A DNA stretch of 64,000 nucleotides from Alphaproteobacteria bacterium (GTDB taxonomy: Bacteria > Pseudomonadota > Alphaproteobacteria > GCA-2731375). The stretch lies in the NCBI GenBank assembly GCA_965232515.1, contig CBDDPY010000002.1:704001-768000 (forward strand). The letters are read 5' to 3'. The notes under the pieces were generated by a model. It was not told where the DNA came from. It made no database searches and worked only from the letters and a program-made list of their open reading frames with translations. The position numbers were made by a program, and so were the translations under genes. Below, piece by piece: positions 32,756 through 43,033 of this stretch. Each line of letters opens with the position of its first letter. The stretch's first letter is position 1.

Positions 32756-33937
32756 CTAGCTGCCATCCTGCTGCCGCTCGCCTTTGCGGAACGGGGCGAA
32801 ATCGCTGAGATAGTCGATCTCGCGGTCGACCTCGCGGCGCTCCTGCTCGAGGAAGCGGTCGACGGCGTCGCGGAACGCCGGGTCGCGGATCCAGTGGGCG
32901 CTGTAGACATGCGCCGGCACGTAGCCGCGGGCGATCTTGTGCTGGCCCTGCGCGCCGGCCTCAACCTTGGCCAGCCCGTGCGCGATGGCGAATTCGATGG
33001 CCTGGTAATAGCAGGCCTCGAAATGCAGGAATCGGTGGTCCTCGATGCAGCCCCAGTTGCGGCCGTAGATCGTGTCGGTGCCGAAGAAGTTCAGCGCGCC
33101 GGCGATATAGCGCCCGGCCCGGCGGCACATGACCAGCGCGATCTTGTCGGCCATGCGTTCGCTGACCAGACTGAAGAAAGTGCGGGTCAGATAGGGCCGG
33201 CCCCACTTGCGGCCACCGGTGTCCATGTAGAATTCGTAGAACGCGTCCCAGTGTTCTTCGCGCAGATCCGAGCCGGTCAGGATCTGGATATCGACGCCGG
33301 TTTCTACGGCGCCGCGGCGTTCCTTCTTGATCGCTTTGCGTTTGCGGGAAGCGAGGTCGCTCAGAAACTCATCAAAGTCGGCGTAGCCCTTGTTGTACCA
33401 ATGAAATTGCTCGCCCGTGCGCTGCAGCATCCCGTGTTCGCCGAACCGGTTCCACTCGGCTTCGGTGGGGAAGTTGATATGTAGCGTTGAGACATCCAGC
33501 CGGCGCGCCACTTCCTTGGCGCCGGCGATCAGGTTGTCGCGCACCTCGTCCGCCTGCGGCCCGGGCCGGGCCAGCAGGCGCGGGCCGGTGGCGGGCGTGA
33601 ACGGCACGGCGACCAGCAGCTTGGGATAGTAGCGCCCGCCGGCGCGCTCGTAGGCGTCGGCCCAGCCGTAGTCGAAGATGTATTCGCCCTGGCTGTGGCC
33701 CTTCAGGTACATCGGCATGGCACCGAGCAGCCCGCAGCCCGGCTCTTCGACGACCAGATGATAGACGCCCCAGCCGGTCTTCGCCGACGCCGACCCGCTG
33801 TCCTCTAATGCACTGAGGAAGGCATGGCTGACGAACGGGTTCTCGTCGCCGGCGCAGGCGTCCCATTGCTCCGCCGGCACGTCGGCGATGCGGCCAATCG
33901 CCTTGATGACGACGCTATCGGGATCGGATTCGGCCAT
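32756..33937 (-). CDS. FemAB-like GNAT family protein (DUF482)
   Basis: HSQGEYIFDYGWA, YYPKL, PFTPATG, LHFEACYYQAI, GAQGQHK. Confidence 0.88.
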   Translation of the reverse strand: MAESDPDSVVIKAIGRIADVPAEQWDACAGDENPFVSHAFLSALEDSGSASAKTGWGVYHLVVEEPGCGLLGAMPMYLKGHSQGEYIFDYGWADAYERAGGRYYPKLLVAVPFTPATGPRLLARPGPQADEVRDNLIAGAKEVARRLDVSTLHINFPTEAEWNRFGEHGMLQRTGEQFHWYNKGYADFDEFLSDLASRKRKAIKKERRGAVETGVDIQILTGSDLREEHWDAFYEFYMDTGGRKWGRPYLTRTFFSLVSERMADKIALVMCRRAGRYIAGALNFFGTDTIYGRNWGCIEDHRFLHFEACYYQAIEFAIAHGLAKVEAGAQGQHKIARGYVPAHVYSAHWIRDPAFRDAVDRFLEQERREVDREIDYLSDFAPFRKGERQQDGS

Positions 33938-34000
33938 ATCGACAGTCTAGCACGCACATGTTCGATGACATTGTCCGACGCGCTGCGGAAACAAGTTCGG

Positions 34001-34744
34001 TCATGCGCGAACGGCCTCGAAAATCTGGTTGTCGGTGCAACGCCGCGCCAGGGCGAGCTGTTCGGGCGTGCGGACCGTCCAGGTCAGAAGCGGCCAGCCG
34101 AGGGTACGCGCCAAGCGGGGCGGCCAGAACGGCAGATCCAGGATGTCATATGCGATGAAATGCGGCCGTGACAGGATGCAGGTCAGCAAATGGGATGCGA
34201 AGAAGCCGGCGGCGCCCGCGCGCTGATCGGGATCGGTGCGGCTTCGGCGCGTCGCAATCTGTCCGCGGCAGACCTCGGGCGCGTGACGCCGGAACCAGGT
34301 CAGCGTCAGCGGATTGAATGACTGCACCGCGTAGCGGCCGTGATAGCCGGCGAGCGTCCGCCGGGTCGCCGCGGCCAGCGGGACAACGTCCCGGCCAATC
34401 TGCTTGATCTCCACAAGCAGTGGCGTCCGACCGTCGATCAGCTCCAGAATCTCTTCCAGCGTCGGGATGGTTTCGTCGCAGCCTGAAAGGCTTAGACGTG
34501 ACAGTTCATCCGCGTTGCGATCGGCCAACCGGCCGCTGGCCGTCGTTACGCGGTCCAGGATCTCGTCGTGGAAGACCATGACCGTGCCGTCGGCCGCAAG
34601 ACGGACATCGAGCTCGATGCCGTAGCCGGTCGCGATCGCGGCCTCGAAGGCCGCGCGGGTGTGCTCGGGCACGCCCGCATCGGCGTCATGCAGACCACGG
34701 TGCGCGAACGGCAGGTCCGTGAGCCAGTCCGGCGCACGCCTCAT
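34001..34744 (-). CDS. Glycerophosphodiester phosphodiesterase
   Basis: AHRG, IELDV, VFHD, VEIK, QSFN, WTV. Confidence 0.88.
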   Translation of the reverse strand: MRRAPDWLTDLPFAHRGLHDADAGVPEHTRAAFEAAIATGYGIELDVRLAADGTVMVFHDEILDRVTTASGRLADRNADELSRLSLSGCDETIPTLEEILELIDGRTPLLVEIKQIGRDVVPLAAATRRTLAGYHGRYAVQSFNPLTLTWFRRHAPEVCRGQIATRRSRTDPDQRAGAAGFFASHLLTCILSRPHFIAYDILDLPFWPPRLARTLGWPLLTWTVRTPEQLALARRCTDNQIFEAVRA

Positions 34745-35208
34745 GCAAACTCGAAGACCGCGTCGAGCTCGACGGAGATATTCATGGGCAGGCTCGGCGC
34801 AACGGTGACGCTGCGGGCGTGGCGCCCCTTGTCGCCGAGCACGTCGGCGAGCAGCCCGGAGGCGGCGTCGACAACGAGATGGGCGTCCTCGTAGCCCGGG
34901 ATCGCGTTGACGAGGCCGAATACCTTCACGCAGTGCCGGATCCGGTCGAGATCGCCGTCGAGTGCGTGATTGGCGTGCGCCAGCAGGTTCAGCGCGGTCA
35001 GCCGGGCGGCGGCGAGGCCGTCGTCGAAACTGACGTCGCGGCCGATCTTGCCGGCGCCGCGAAGCTCGCGCCCCCAGGTCGGGCCGACGCCCGAGACCCA
35101 GATTTGTTGGCCTGTGACGACATACGCCACATAGTTGCCGGCCGGCGGATGTTGCGGCGGCAGCTCGAGGCCGAGTTCGGCCAGACGTTCGGCGACCCGC
35201 TGACCCAC
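34741..35208 (-). CDS. RidA/YjgF family protein (paralog 2)
   Basis: GTG at 35208; PAGNYV, GRHAR, SVELDAVFE. Confidence 0.82.
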   Translation of the reverse strand: MGQRVAERLAELGLELPPQHPPAGNYVAYVVTGQQIWVSGVGPTWGRELRGAGKIGRDVSFDDGLAAARLTALNLLAHANHALDGDLDRIRHCVKVFGLVNAIPGYEDAHLVVDAASGLLADVLGDKGRHARSVTVAPSLPMNISVELDAVFEFA

Positions 35209-35209
35209 G

Positions 35210-35680
35210 TCAGGAAATCTCGAAGACCGCGTCGACCTCGACCGGGACGCCCCTCGGCAGCGCGTTGCTGCCGACGGCGAAGCGGGCGTGGCGGCCGGCA
35301 TCGCCGAAGATCTCGACCATCAGGTCCGAGGCGCCGTTCACGACTTCCGGGTGCTCGGTGAAATCGTCGGCGCAGTTGACGAAGCCGCCGAGCTTGACGC
35401 AGCGGACGACGCGGTCGAGGTCGCCGCCGCAGGCGGCCTTGACCTGAGCGATGATATTGAGGGCGCAGATCCGGGCGATGTCCTTGCCCTCGGCCACGGA
35501 ATAGTCCGTGCCGACCTTGCCCTTGTGCTTGATCTCGCCGCCCGTGAAGGGGATCTGCCCGGCGACAAACACCAGATTGCCGCTGATCACGAACGGCACG
35601 TAGTTCGCCGCTGGCGCGGGCGCATCGGGAAGGTCGATATCGAGTTCTTGCAGGCGCGCGTCGATTCTGCCGGCCACCAT
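35210..35680 (-). CDS. RidA/YjgF family protein (paralog 1)
   Basis: PAPAANYVP, NGASDL, GRHARFAVG, PVEVDAVFE. Confidence 0.9.
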   Translation of the reverse strand: MVAGRIDARLQELDIDLPDAPAPAANYVPFVISGNLVFVAGQIPFTGGEIKHKGKVGTDYSVAEGKDIARICALNIIAQVKAACGGDLDRVVRCVKLGGFVNCADDFTEHPEVVNGASDLMVEIFGDAGRHARFAVGSNALPRGVPVEVDAVFEIS

Positions 35681-35767
35681 TCGTCTCCTTGTTCGATCGA
35701 CGGAAAAACGCCGTAACCGGCGTTGTTGACGACTGCATCATAAACGCACGCCGCGAACGGCCAAGCC

Positions 35768-35782
35768 TTAACCAAGGTTTAA
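35768..35782. promoter_or_regulatory. CtrA-type box TTAA-N7-TTAA
   Basis: TTAACCAAGGTTTAA in the divergent ridA/cyclase intergenic region. Confidence 0.6.
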
Positions 35783-35854
35783 TGCTCGCAAGGAACGGAA
35801 CGCGCACATATGTTTCTTTCTATTGGATGTCATGACCATGAAGCGCGATACGAG

Positions 35855-37120
35855 ATGAACGACGTCAGCCGTACGCCCGAGATGAGCGCCGCGGATGCGG
35901 CGCTGGCCGCCAAGATCGGCGACTGGATCCTTGCCGAGGGGCTGCGCGGCACGGCCATCCGGGACCTGATGGAGGGCTTCTGCGATCAGCTGTCGACGTC
36001 GGGCTTTCCGCTGATGCGCGGGTTTACGTCGTTCCAGACCCTGCATCCGCTCTATTCGGGCTATGGTTTCATCTGGCGCCGCGCCGACGCGGATGTCGAG
36101 GAGAACAGCTTCCTGCGGCAGACGATTCCGTCGCCGGCCTGGACCGACAGCCCGTTCTTCTACATGTTGAATAACAACGTCCATAGGCTGCTGGCCTGCC
36201 TGGAGGGGCAGACGGACCGGGAGTTCCCGGTCTATGACGACTTCCGGGCCGAGGGCGCGACCGGCTATTTCGCGCGTCTTGTGGGCTTCGGCGAGCTCGA
36301 CATCAACAAGGACGAGCCCGGCGGCGTCGCCTATTCATTCCTGACCGACTGTCCCGGCGGCTTCTCAGCCTCGCATATCGCCATCCTCGAAAAGCTGATG
36401 CCGATGCTGTCGCTGGCGATCAAGGCGCGGTCGACCTATCAGATCGCCACGGAGATCCTGGGCATCTATATCGGCCACGACGCCGGGCGCCGGGTGTTCA
36501 GCGGCGCCGTCGAGCGCGGCGACGTGCAGACCATCGGCGCGGTGATCTTCTTTGCCGATCTCAGGGGCTTTACGCGGCTGTCGGAGACCATGGACGGCGG
36601 CGATGTGGTGGCCATGCTGGACGATTACCTGGACACGATCGCCCGGCCGTTGCTGGCGCAGGGCGGCGAGGTGCTGAAATTCATGGGCGACGGCCTGATG
36701 GCCACCTTCGAGATCGGCGACGCCGACGCGGCGGCGAAGTGCCAGGCCGCGCTGACCGCGACCTGCGGCGTGATGACGGGGCTGGCGGCCTTGAACGAGA
36801 CGCGCCGGGCGGCCGGGCAGCCGGCGATGGAGCTGGACGTGGCGCTGCATCTGGGCGACGTGCTCTACGGCAATGTCGGCTCGGAAAGCCGGCTCGACTT
36901 CACCGTCATCGGGCCGGCCGTCAACGAGGCGAGCCGCATGGAGGCGCTGTGCCGGCCGCTCGGCCACAGCCTGCTGGTGTCGGAAGCGTTCGCGAACGCG
37001 GCCTCGGACGATTGCCGCGGCCGGCTGATCTCGCTCGGCCGGCACGAGCTGCGGGATATACCCGGCGACCGCGAGCTGTTTACCGCCGAAGTCGCCGACT
37101 GCCCTGACGCCGCGCCCTGA
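35855..37120 (+). CDS. Class III adenylate cyclase with N-terminal GAF-like region
   Basis: FADLRGFT, LKFMGDG, LDFTVIGPAVNEASR (K/D pair implies ATP specificity); start uncertain. Confidence 0.88.
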   Translation: MNDVSRTPEMSAADAALAAKIGDWILAEGLRGTAIRDLMEGFCDQLSTSGFPLMRGFTSFQTLHPLYSGYGFIWRRADADVEENSFLRQTIPSPAWTDSPFFYMLNNNVHRLLACLEGQTDREFPVYDDFRAEGATGYFARLVGFGELDINKDEPGGVAYSFLTDCPGGFSASHIAILEKLMPMLSLAIKARSTYQIATEILGIYIGHDAGRRVFSGAVERGDVQTIGAVIFFADLRGFTRLSETMDGGDVVAMLDDYLDTIARPLLAQGGEVLKFMGDGLMATFEIGDADAAAKCQAALTATCGVMTGLAALNETRRAAGQPAMELDVALHLGDVLYGNVGSESRLDFTVIGPAVNEASRMEALCRPLGHSLLVSEAFANAASDDCRGRLISLGRHELRDIPGDRELFTAEVADCPDAAP

Positions 37121-37838
37121 TATTGGCGGGCGCGGCTGCATCGGCCAGGCGCGCGGCGCCGAGACGCTCGTGCTTGTTGGCGTACATGTCCTTATCGGCG
37201 CGCTGCATCAGCGTTTCGGGATCTTCCTTGTCGCCGTAGATGGCCGCGCCCATGCTCGCCCGGATCGGGATCGTGATGCCGTTGTGACGGGCGAACGAGC
37301 GGTTGAGGATCCGCTGCAGCGCCAGCGCGCGGTCGGCGCCGTGAGCGCCGTTCGCCTGCACCAGCACGGCGACGAACTCATCACCGCCGAGGCGGGCGAC
37401 GATGTCGCTCTCGCGCACGTTGGCGGCGAGTAGCGCGCCGACCTGCCGCAGGACGGCATCGCCGGCGGCGTGACCCAGGCGGTCGTTGATCGATTTGAAG
37501 TCGTCGAGATCGATGTAGGCGAGGATGCCGGAGCCGCGATGCCGGCTCGCCAGCGCCAGCGTGCGGCGCAGCGCCTGCTCGAAGCCGCGGCGGTTGGCGA
37601 GCCCGGTCAGTTCATCGGTCAGCGAGAGCGATTCCAGCTGCTCGATCCGGGCCGACTGGTCGGCGATGATGCGGCGCGCCTCCTCGGCGGCGGACAGCGC
37701 CTTTTGCAGGAGCTCCCAGGGATCGACGTCGTCGCCACGCTCGGCCGGCACCATGTTGGCCGGCGGCAATCCGGCAAGCAGCGCCGATTCGGACATCAGC
37801 TTGTCCTTCGGCAACGACACGGCGGCTTGACGGGTCAT
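37080..37838 (-). CDS. Diguanylate cyclase (coiled-coil + GGDEF)
   Basis: TDELTGLANRR, DLDDFKSIND, RLGGDEF; RxxD I-site RESD. Confidence 0.9.
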   Translation of the reverse strand: MTRQAAVSLPKDKLMSESALLAGLPPANMVPAERGDDVDPWELLQKALSAAEEARRIIADQSARIEQLESLSLTDELTGLANRRGFEQALRRTLALASRHRGSGILAYIDLDDFKSINDRLGHAAGDAVLRQVGALLAANVRESDIVARLGGDEFVAVLVQANGAHGADRALALQRILNRSFARHNGITIPIRASMGAAIYGDKEDPETLMQRADKDMYANKHERLGAARLADAAAPANIRARRQGSRRLRR

Positions 37839-37898
37839 CTCGTTCTCCCAAAACAGCGGTTAAGTGCGGGCTCTCGCAGGTGCGTCCATGTGCCAAAC

Positions 37899-37914
37899 TG
37901 CAACCGGCATGCCA
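37899..37914 (-). promoter_or_regulatory. Sigma54 -24/-12 promoter of the GGDEF gene
   Basis: Minus strand TGGCATGCCGGTTGCA fits TGGCAC-N5-TTGCW; 60 bp upstream of the ATG. Confidence 0.7.
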
Positions 37915-38099
37915 GCGGAAAAACCACGGGAACCAGGGGTTTTCGAAATTCTCGAGTGGAAGGATTTGCCCAAACCGACCGGATGGGCGGCAAAATCCGC
38001 CGCCTGCCGGGTGATCGCAATTCGTCCCGCGCTGCACCATATACTAGGGTTAATACCGGGTATAACCGACGGGCGCAGGGGGACGTGGAGCTTGTCTGA

Positions 38100-38900
38100 A
38101 TGAAGCTTTTTTATTCGGCTCTGGTTGCCGGTCTGCTGGCGTCGGCGTCCGTCCATGCCGCGGGCATCGCGCTGCAACCGCATCGCGCGATCTACGACCT
38201 GACACTTAAGCGCACCGCGAGCAGCAGCGGCATCGAGCAGCTCGATGGCCGATTGGTCGTGGAGTTCCAGCCGGACTGCGAGGGCTACGGGTTCAGCCAG
38301 CGCATCGTCATGCGCATGATGGATTCGGACGGGCAGGAAGCGGTGAACGACTTCCGCGCTGCGACCTGGGAGAATACGGCCGGCACGAAATTCCGCTTCA
38401 ATGTCCGCACCATGGTCGATGGCAATGTCATCGAGGAGAGCAGCGGGCGGGCGCAGCTGAAGTCGCCGGGCGGCGTCGGGTCCGTCGATTTCAGCGATGA
38501 CAAGGCCAGCGGCGTCGCCTTGCCGGCCGGCACGGTGTTTCCGGTCGCACATACGATCGCCATCCTGAAGACGGCGAACGCGGGGGGCAGCGAGCTGGAG
38601 ATCAAGCTGTTCGACGGGTCGGGCGAGGACGGCCGGTTCGACACGTTCTCCTGGATCGGTCCACGGGACGGCGACGACGCGAATGCCGGCGGAAAGTTCG
38701 AGATCATCGCCGGCATCGCCTCATGGCCGGTGCGCATGGCCTATTTCCCGTTCGGCGACCAGGTCGGCATTCCGGATTTCGAGATCGGCTTCCGGTTGTT
38801 CGCGAACGGCGTCTACGGCGACATCGTGCTGGACTACGGCGACTTCGCGTTGGACGGCACGTTGTCCCGCTTGGACCCCTTGCCGCGACCGTCCTGCTGA
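38100..38900 (+). CDS. eipB: Cell envelope integrity protein EipB (DUF1849)
   Basis: Signal peptide, [31 protein letters not shown], terminal Cys. Confidence 0.8.
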   Translation: MKLFYSALVAGLLASASVHAAGIALQPHRAIYDLTLKRTASSSGIEQLDGRLVVEFQPDCEGYGFSQRIVMRMMDSDGQEAVNDFRAATWENTAGTKFRFNVRTMVDGNVIEESSGRAQLKSPGGVGSVDFSDDKASGVALPAGTVFPVAHTIAILKTANAGGSELEIKLFDGSGEDGRFDTFSWIGPRDGDDANAGGKFEIIAGIASWPVRMAYFPFGDQVGIPDFEIGFRLFANGVYGDIVLDYGDFALDGTLSRLDPLPRPSC

Positions 38901-40195
38901 GCAACGGGTTCGCCCGCAGACTTACCCGCCTTGCCGGCGAGCGCCCGTCCCTTGGCGATGATATCGGCCCCGAACTTTTCCCGCACCGCGTCCACCGCGC
39001 GTTCCGCGCCGGCCCGGCGGCCGGCCATCGGATCGGCGAGATCGAGCGGATCGGCGTCGCGGGCGGACACGATGGTGCTGACCCCGACGCCGAGCAGGCG
39101 ATAGGCGGTGCCGTCGGCTTCACCGGCGAGCAACTCGTGCGCCGTGCGATAGAGAACGTCGGCAAGCTGTGTGGGGTTGGCCAGTTTGCGGTTGCGGGTG
39201 CGGATCCGGAAGTCGGCTGACTTGAGCTTGAGCACGACGGTTGCGCCAGCGAGCTCCGACCGCTTCAGCCGCGCGGCGACACGTTCGCACTGCCGCCAGA
39301 GGATGGAATCGAGCTCCCGAAGCGTGGAGATGTCGCGCTCGAACGTCGTTTCGGAGGAAACGCTCTTGGTGGCGGCGTGGGGGTCGACCCGGCGATGGTC
39401 CTCGCCGCGGGAGAAACGCGCCATTCGCTGGCCCATGGCGCCGTAGCGCTTGATCAACGTCGCTTCGTCGAGCTGTTGCAGCTGACCGACGCTGCGAATG
39501 CCGTCGGCAGCCAGCTTCCGCTGCAGCGCCTTGCCGGCGCCCCAGATAATGCTGACCGGCTGTTCGGCGAGGAACGACATGGCCTCGCCGCGGCCGATGA
39601 CGGCAAAGCCGCGTGGCTTGTCGAGGTCGGAGGCGACCTTGGCAAGGAACTTGTTATAGCTGAGGCCGATGGAGGCGGTCACGCCCACCTCGTCCTCGAA
39701 GCGCTTTACGATGGTCGCGAGTGTCGCGGCGGCGCTGCGCCGATGCAACGCTTCCGTGCCGGTCAGATCCAGAAAGGCCTCGTCCAGCGACAGCGGCTCC
39801 ACGAGCGGGGTGTACGCGCGCATGATGGCGCGCACTTCGCGGCTGACGGCGGCGTATTTCTCCATGTCGGGACGGATCACGACCGCGTCCGGGCAGGCTT
39901 TGAGCGCCTTGAACATGGGCATTGCGGAGTGCACGCCGTATGTGCGGGCGACATAGCAGGCCGCGCTGACCACGCCGCGCCGGCCGCCGCCGACGATGAC
40001 CGGCCGGCTCCGCAAGCTCGGATCGTCCCGTTTCTCGACGGTGGCATAGAAGGCGTCGCAGTCGATATGGGCGATCGACAGCCGGCTCAGCTCTGGGTGG
40101 CGAAGCAGGCGGGGCGACCCACACGCATCGCAACGGCTCGCCGCGTTTTCAGCGTCGGCAAGGCAGTCGCGGCAGAAGGCGTTCGCGTGGGTCAT
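38834..40195 (-). CDS. dinB: DNA polymerase IV
   Basis: N-terminal CxxC..Cxx[32 protein letters not shown]. Confidence 0.93.
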   Translation of the reverse strand: MTHANAFCRDCLADAENAASRCDACGSPRLLRHPELSRLSIAHIDCDAFYATVEKRDDPSLRSRPVIVGGGRRGVVSAACYVARTYGVHSAMPMFKALKACPDAVVIRPDMEKYAAVSREVRAIMRAYTPLVEPLSLDEAFLDLTGTEALHRRSAAATLATIVKRFEDEVGVTASIGLSYNKFLAKVASDLDKPRGFAVIGRGEAMSFLAEQPVSIIWGAGKALQRKLAADGIRSVGQLQQLDEATLIKRYGAMGQRMARFSRGEDHRRVDPHAATKSVSSETTFERDISTLRELDSILWRQCERVAARLKRSELAGATVVLKLKSADFRIRTRNRKLANPTQLADVLYRTAHELLAGEADGTAYRLLGVGVSTIVSARDADPLDLADPMAGRRAGAERAVDAVREKFGADIIAKGRALAGKAGKSAGEPVAQQDGRGKGSKRDNVPSNAKSP

Positions 40196-41118
40196 GACGC
40201 CTCAGCCGGCCACAGCCAGGCGGCGCCGCGTACGCCGCTGGAATCGCCGTGTCTCGCCGGCGCCAGTTGCGTGGAAACCGAGTCGGAAAAGACATATTCG
40301 GTCCACAGCGTCGGTACTGTCTTGTAAAGCCGGTCGACGTTGGACAGTCCGCCGCCCAGCACGACCATGTCGGGATCGAGAATGTTGATGACGACGGCCA
40401 ATGCCTTCGCCAGCCGACGCTCATAGCGTGCCAGGCTTGCCGCGCACGCGGCATCGCCCGCCAGTGCCAGATCGACGACCTCCTTGGCCGTCAGACTGTT
40501 TCCGGTCCCGGCAAGATGGTCGGCGGCGAGGCCGGGGCCCGACAGGAAGGTCTCGATACAACCGCGTTTGCCGCAATAGCAGGCGGGACCGGGAAGTTCG
40601 TCGGGCTCGGGCCAGGGCAGGGGATTGTGGCCCCACTCGCCAGCGATGCGGTTCGGCCCGATGTGGATCTTGCCGTCGATGGCAAGCCCGCCGCCCGTTC
40701 CGGTGCCGATGATGACGCCAAACACGGTACCGGCACCCGCACCGGCGCCGTCGACGGCCTCGGACAGCGCGAGGCAGTTGGCGTCGTTTTCCAAACGCAC
40801 GGGTCGGCCCAGCGCCCGCTCCAGATCGCGGTCGAACGGTCGGCCGATCAGCCATGTCGAGTTGGCGTTCTTTATCAGGCCGGTTGCGGGCGAGATCGCG
40901 CCCGGAATGGCAATGCCGATGCTGGCGATCTCCGTCCGCGCGTCCTGCGCGACGGCTTCGGCCAGCCGGCCGACGGCCGCAACTGTGGCGTCGTAGTCCC
41001 CCCTCGGGCTGTCTATGCGCCGCCGCGCCAACTCGTGGCCATCATGCCCGAGTGCAAGGGCCTCGATCTTGGTGCCGCCGAGGTCGACGCCGATCCGCGC
41101 GGCGCTTGGATTGCTCAT
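40192..41118 (-). CDS. ROK family sugar kinase (fructokinase Mak-like)
   Basis: [38 protein letters not shown]. Confidence 0.9.
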   Translation of the reverse strand: MSNPSAARIGVDLGGTKIEALALGHDGHELARRRIDSPRGDYDATVAAVGRLAEAVAQDARTEIASIGIAIPGAISPATGLIKNANSTWLIGRPFDRDLERALGRPVRLENDANCLALSEAVDGAGAGAGTVFGVIIGTGTGGGLAIDGKIHIGPNRIAGEWGHNPLPWPEPDELPGPACYCGKRGCIETFLSGPGLAADHLAGTGNSLTAKEVVDLALAGDAACAASLARYERRLAKALAVVINILDPDMVVLGGGLSNVDRLYKTVPTLWTEYVFSDSVSTQLAPARHGDSSGVRGAAWLWPAEAS

Positions 41119-41161
41119 AACGCCAGATTAGCATCAGGCCCTCGCAGGGGTTAGGCCGCCG

Positions 41162-42058
41162 ATGAACGAACTAGTCCGCCGATCCAGCGCGCCGTGGTCG
41201 TTCAGACTGGCGAAGCTGCTCATCCGTTCCGGCATGCCGGGCGGCTACAGGCTGCTGGACATCGCCCGACGGCGCAGATGGCTGGATTGCCTGGTGCGAT
41301 TTCGGATCGGGGCCGGTGTCGGTATCGACGTGCCGTTGTACCGGCCCGAGAACCTCTGGGACCGGCGGGATGTGCTGGAATACGACCCGCCGCTGATCGA
41401 CGATCTGGTGCGCACGGCAGCTCACTTTCCGGAACCGCGCATTTTGATCGACTGTGGCGCCGACATCGGCACGGTGTCCATCCTGGTCGCCGCCCGCGAC
41501 CCGGGACTGGCGCGCCTCATCGCCTTCGAACCGAATGCCGACGCCTTCCCGGTTCTGAAAACGAATATAGAAAGCCTGCCGATAACGGGAGAGGCGCGTC
41601 AGGCCGGCGTCGGCGCAGTAGCCGGTCGCGGCACATTGCGCAGCCCGGCGCATGACCGCACCGCCCACGCCATGTACATGGAAACCATGCCGGATGGCGA
41701 CATCGAGATCGAGCGCATCGACGATCTGGCGATCGAACCGAACAGCAGTTTGATCCTGAAGGTGGATGTGGAGGGCGGGGAACTCGATGTGCTGAAGGGT
41801 GCGGCCGAGACCTTGCGCGCGGCGAGAGCCTTTGCGGTATCGTTCGAGGCTCAGATCGATCAGGCCGAACGCACGGGCATCGAACCGATGGAGATCCTGC
41901 GCTTCCTCTGCGCGATCCGGCCGTGCCGGTATCGCGTCAGCGACGTGCCCGGCTTGGAACTCGATCCGGACCGGCCGTTTTTCGTCCAGATCGAACAACC
42001 GCAGGCGTTCGGCTACAACATTCTTTGCTATACGGATTCGGCTGCAAGCGGCGGATGA
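41162..42058 (+). CDS. FkbM family SAM-dependent methyltransferase
   Basis: IDCGADIG, AFEPN, LKVDVEGGELDVLKGA. Confidence 0.85.
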   Translation: MNELVRRSSAPWSFRLAKLLIRSGMPGGYRLLDIARRRRWLDCLVRFRIGAGVGIDVPLYRPENLWDRRDVLEYDPPLIDDLVRTAAHFPEPRILIDCGADIGTVSILVAARDPGLARLIAFEPNADAFPVLKTNIESLPITGEARQAGVGAVAGRGTLRSPAHDRTAHAMYMETMPDGDIEIERIDDLAIEPNSSLILKVDVEGGELDVLKGAAETLRAARAFAVSFEAQIDQAERTGIEPMEILRFLCAIRPCRYRVSDVPGLELDPDRPFFVQIEQPQAFGYNILCYTDSAASGG

Positions 42059-42072
42059 GCGCCGCGCGGATA

Positions 42073-42315
42073 TCAGTTCAATAGGTCAATGACGCGGGTG
42101 AAGCGCCAGCGTTGATTCACCACGTAAATCGCCACCAAGCTGACCATCAGCAGCGTCAGTGACAGGGCGAACAGGACGTCCTCGGAAAACAACAACAGCG
42201 TGTCCAGCAGGTACAGGACAGTCGAACCGCCGAAAAAAACCACGATCCAAGGCACAAACCACACCAGAAAAATCAATAGCGGCCGGATCAGATGATACTT
42301 GATCGATAAACGCAT
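42073..42315 (-). CDS. Small lower-GC membrane protein (2 TMs)
   Basis: 80 aa, strongly hydrophobic; GAGGG RBS upstream. Confidence 0.6.
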   Translation of the reverse strand: MRLSIKYHLIRPLLIFLVWFVPWIVVFFGGSTVLYLLDTLLLFSEDVLFALSLTLLMVSLVAIYVVNQRWRFTRVIDLLN

Positions 42316-42563
42316 ACCGTGCCCTCGTTTTCCCTCTGATACGCCAACTTAATGGTCAATGTGCAGTCTGTAGACGCTGTCGTCCGCCACGCCGTGGGAA
42401 TTGCCGAGGATAGATACAATAGTTTGAAGAGCAGTCATATCACGGATGGTGGCTGAAGTAGGCAACTACAGATATTTCACTTTTGTTGATAGTTTTGCCG
42501 CAGAATTTTTATTTCTGCTTGTTGGTATCTTCTACAATATGTCGCGTGAATGTGTGACATGTC

Positions 42564-42579
42564 TGTGAGATCCGTCACA
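42564..42579. promoter_or_regulatory. CRP-family consensus box TGTGA-N6-TCACA
   Basis: TGTGAGATCCGTCACA. Confidence 0.5.
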
Positions 42580-42751
42580 CTATTTGATGCCCATAGGCGT
42601 TCGCGTCTGGAACCCTAGTCTGCTGAATCAGCCGACATTCCGTCTTGTTGCGGACGCAACACCATCGAACCTCCTTTGAAAAGCGAGGTTTGGACAGGTG
42701 CCGCGCACAGAGCCAAACCCGACTCGGTTGAGCGGGCAACCCGAACCGAAA

Positions 42752-43033
42752 TCACCCCGTCAGCGCGAAGCAGACGAGCAGCATCGAACAAATCGTCAGT
42801 CCCAACCCCATGAAGATCGGACCAAGCCAAATTCTCTGTTCGCTCCGGGGGACCGGCCGTCGCGAAATGCCGGTGGTCGATGTTATGACCACGCCCCTCG
42901 ATCGCCGTCGATCGTGGTTGCATCGACGAGAACGACGTTGCCGTTTGGCAGCCCGACGATCCGTGGAGCCGGCCGTGGTGCCGATTGTGTGGGCGACAAA
43001 CGCCTCGACGAGGATCCGAGGGGTATCGGTCAT
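42752..43033 (-). CDS. Hypothetical 93-aa protein with C-terminal TM helix
   Basis: AAAGGA RBS before ATG 43033; ends IWLGPIFMGLGLTICSMLLVCFALTG; upstream operator-like repeats. Confidence 0.4.
   Translation of the reverse strand: MTDTPRILVEAFVAHTIGTTAGSTDRRAAKRQRRSRRCNHDRRRSRGVVITSTTGISRRPVPRSEQRIWLGPIFMGLGLTICSMLLVCFALTG

Noticed and set aside
42366-42618. IS5-like ends (GTCTGTAGACG ... CGTCTGGAACCCTAG) bounding the AT-rich patch as a MITE
   Set aside because: Match is only 5-11 bp, with no matching target duplication on the left
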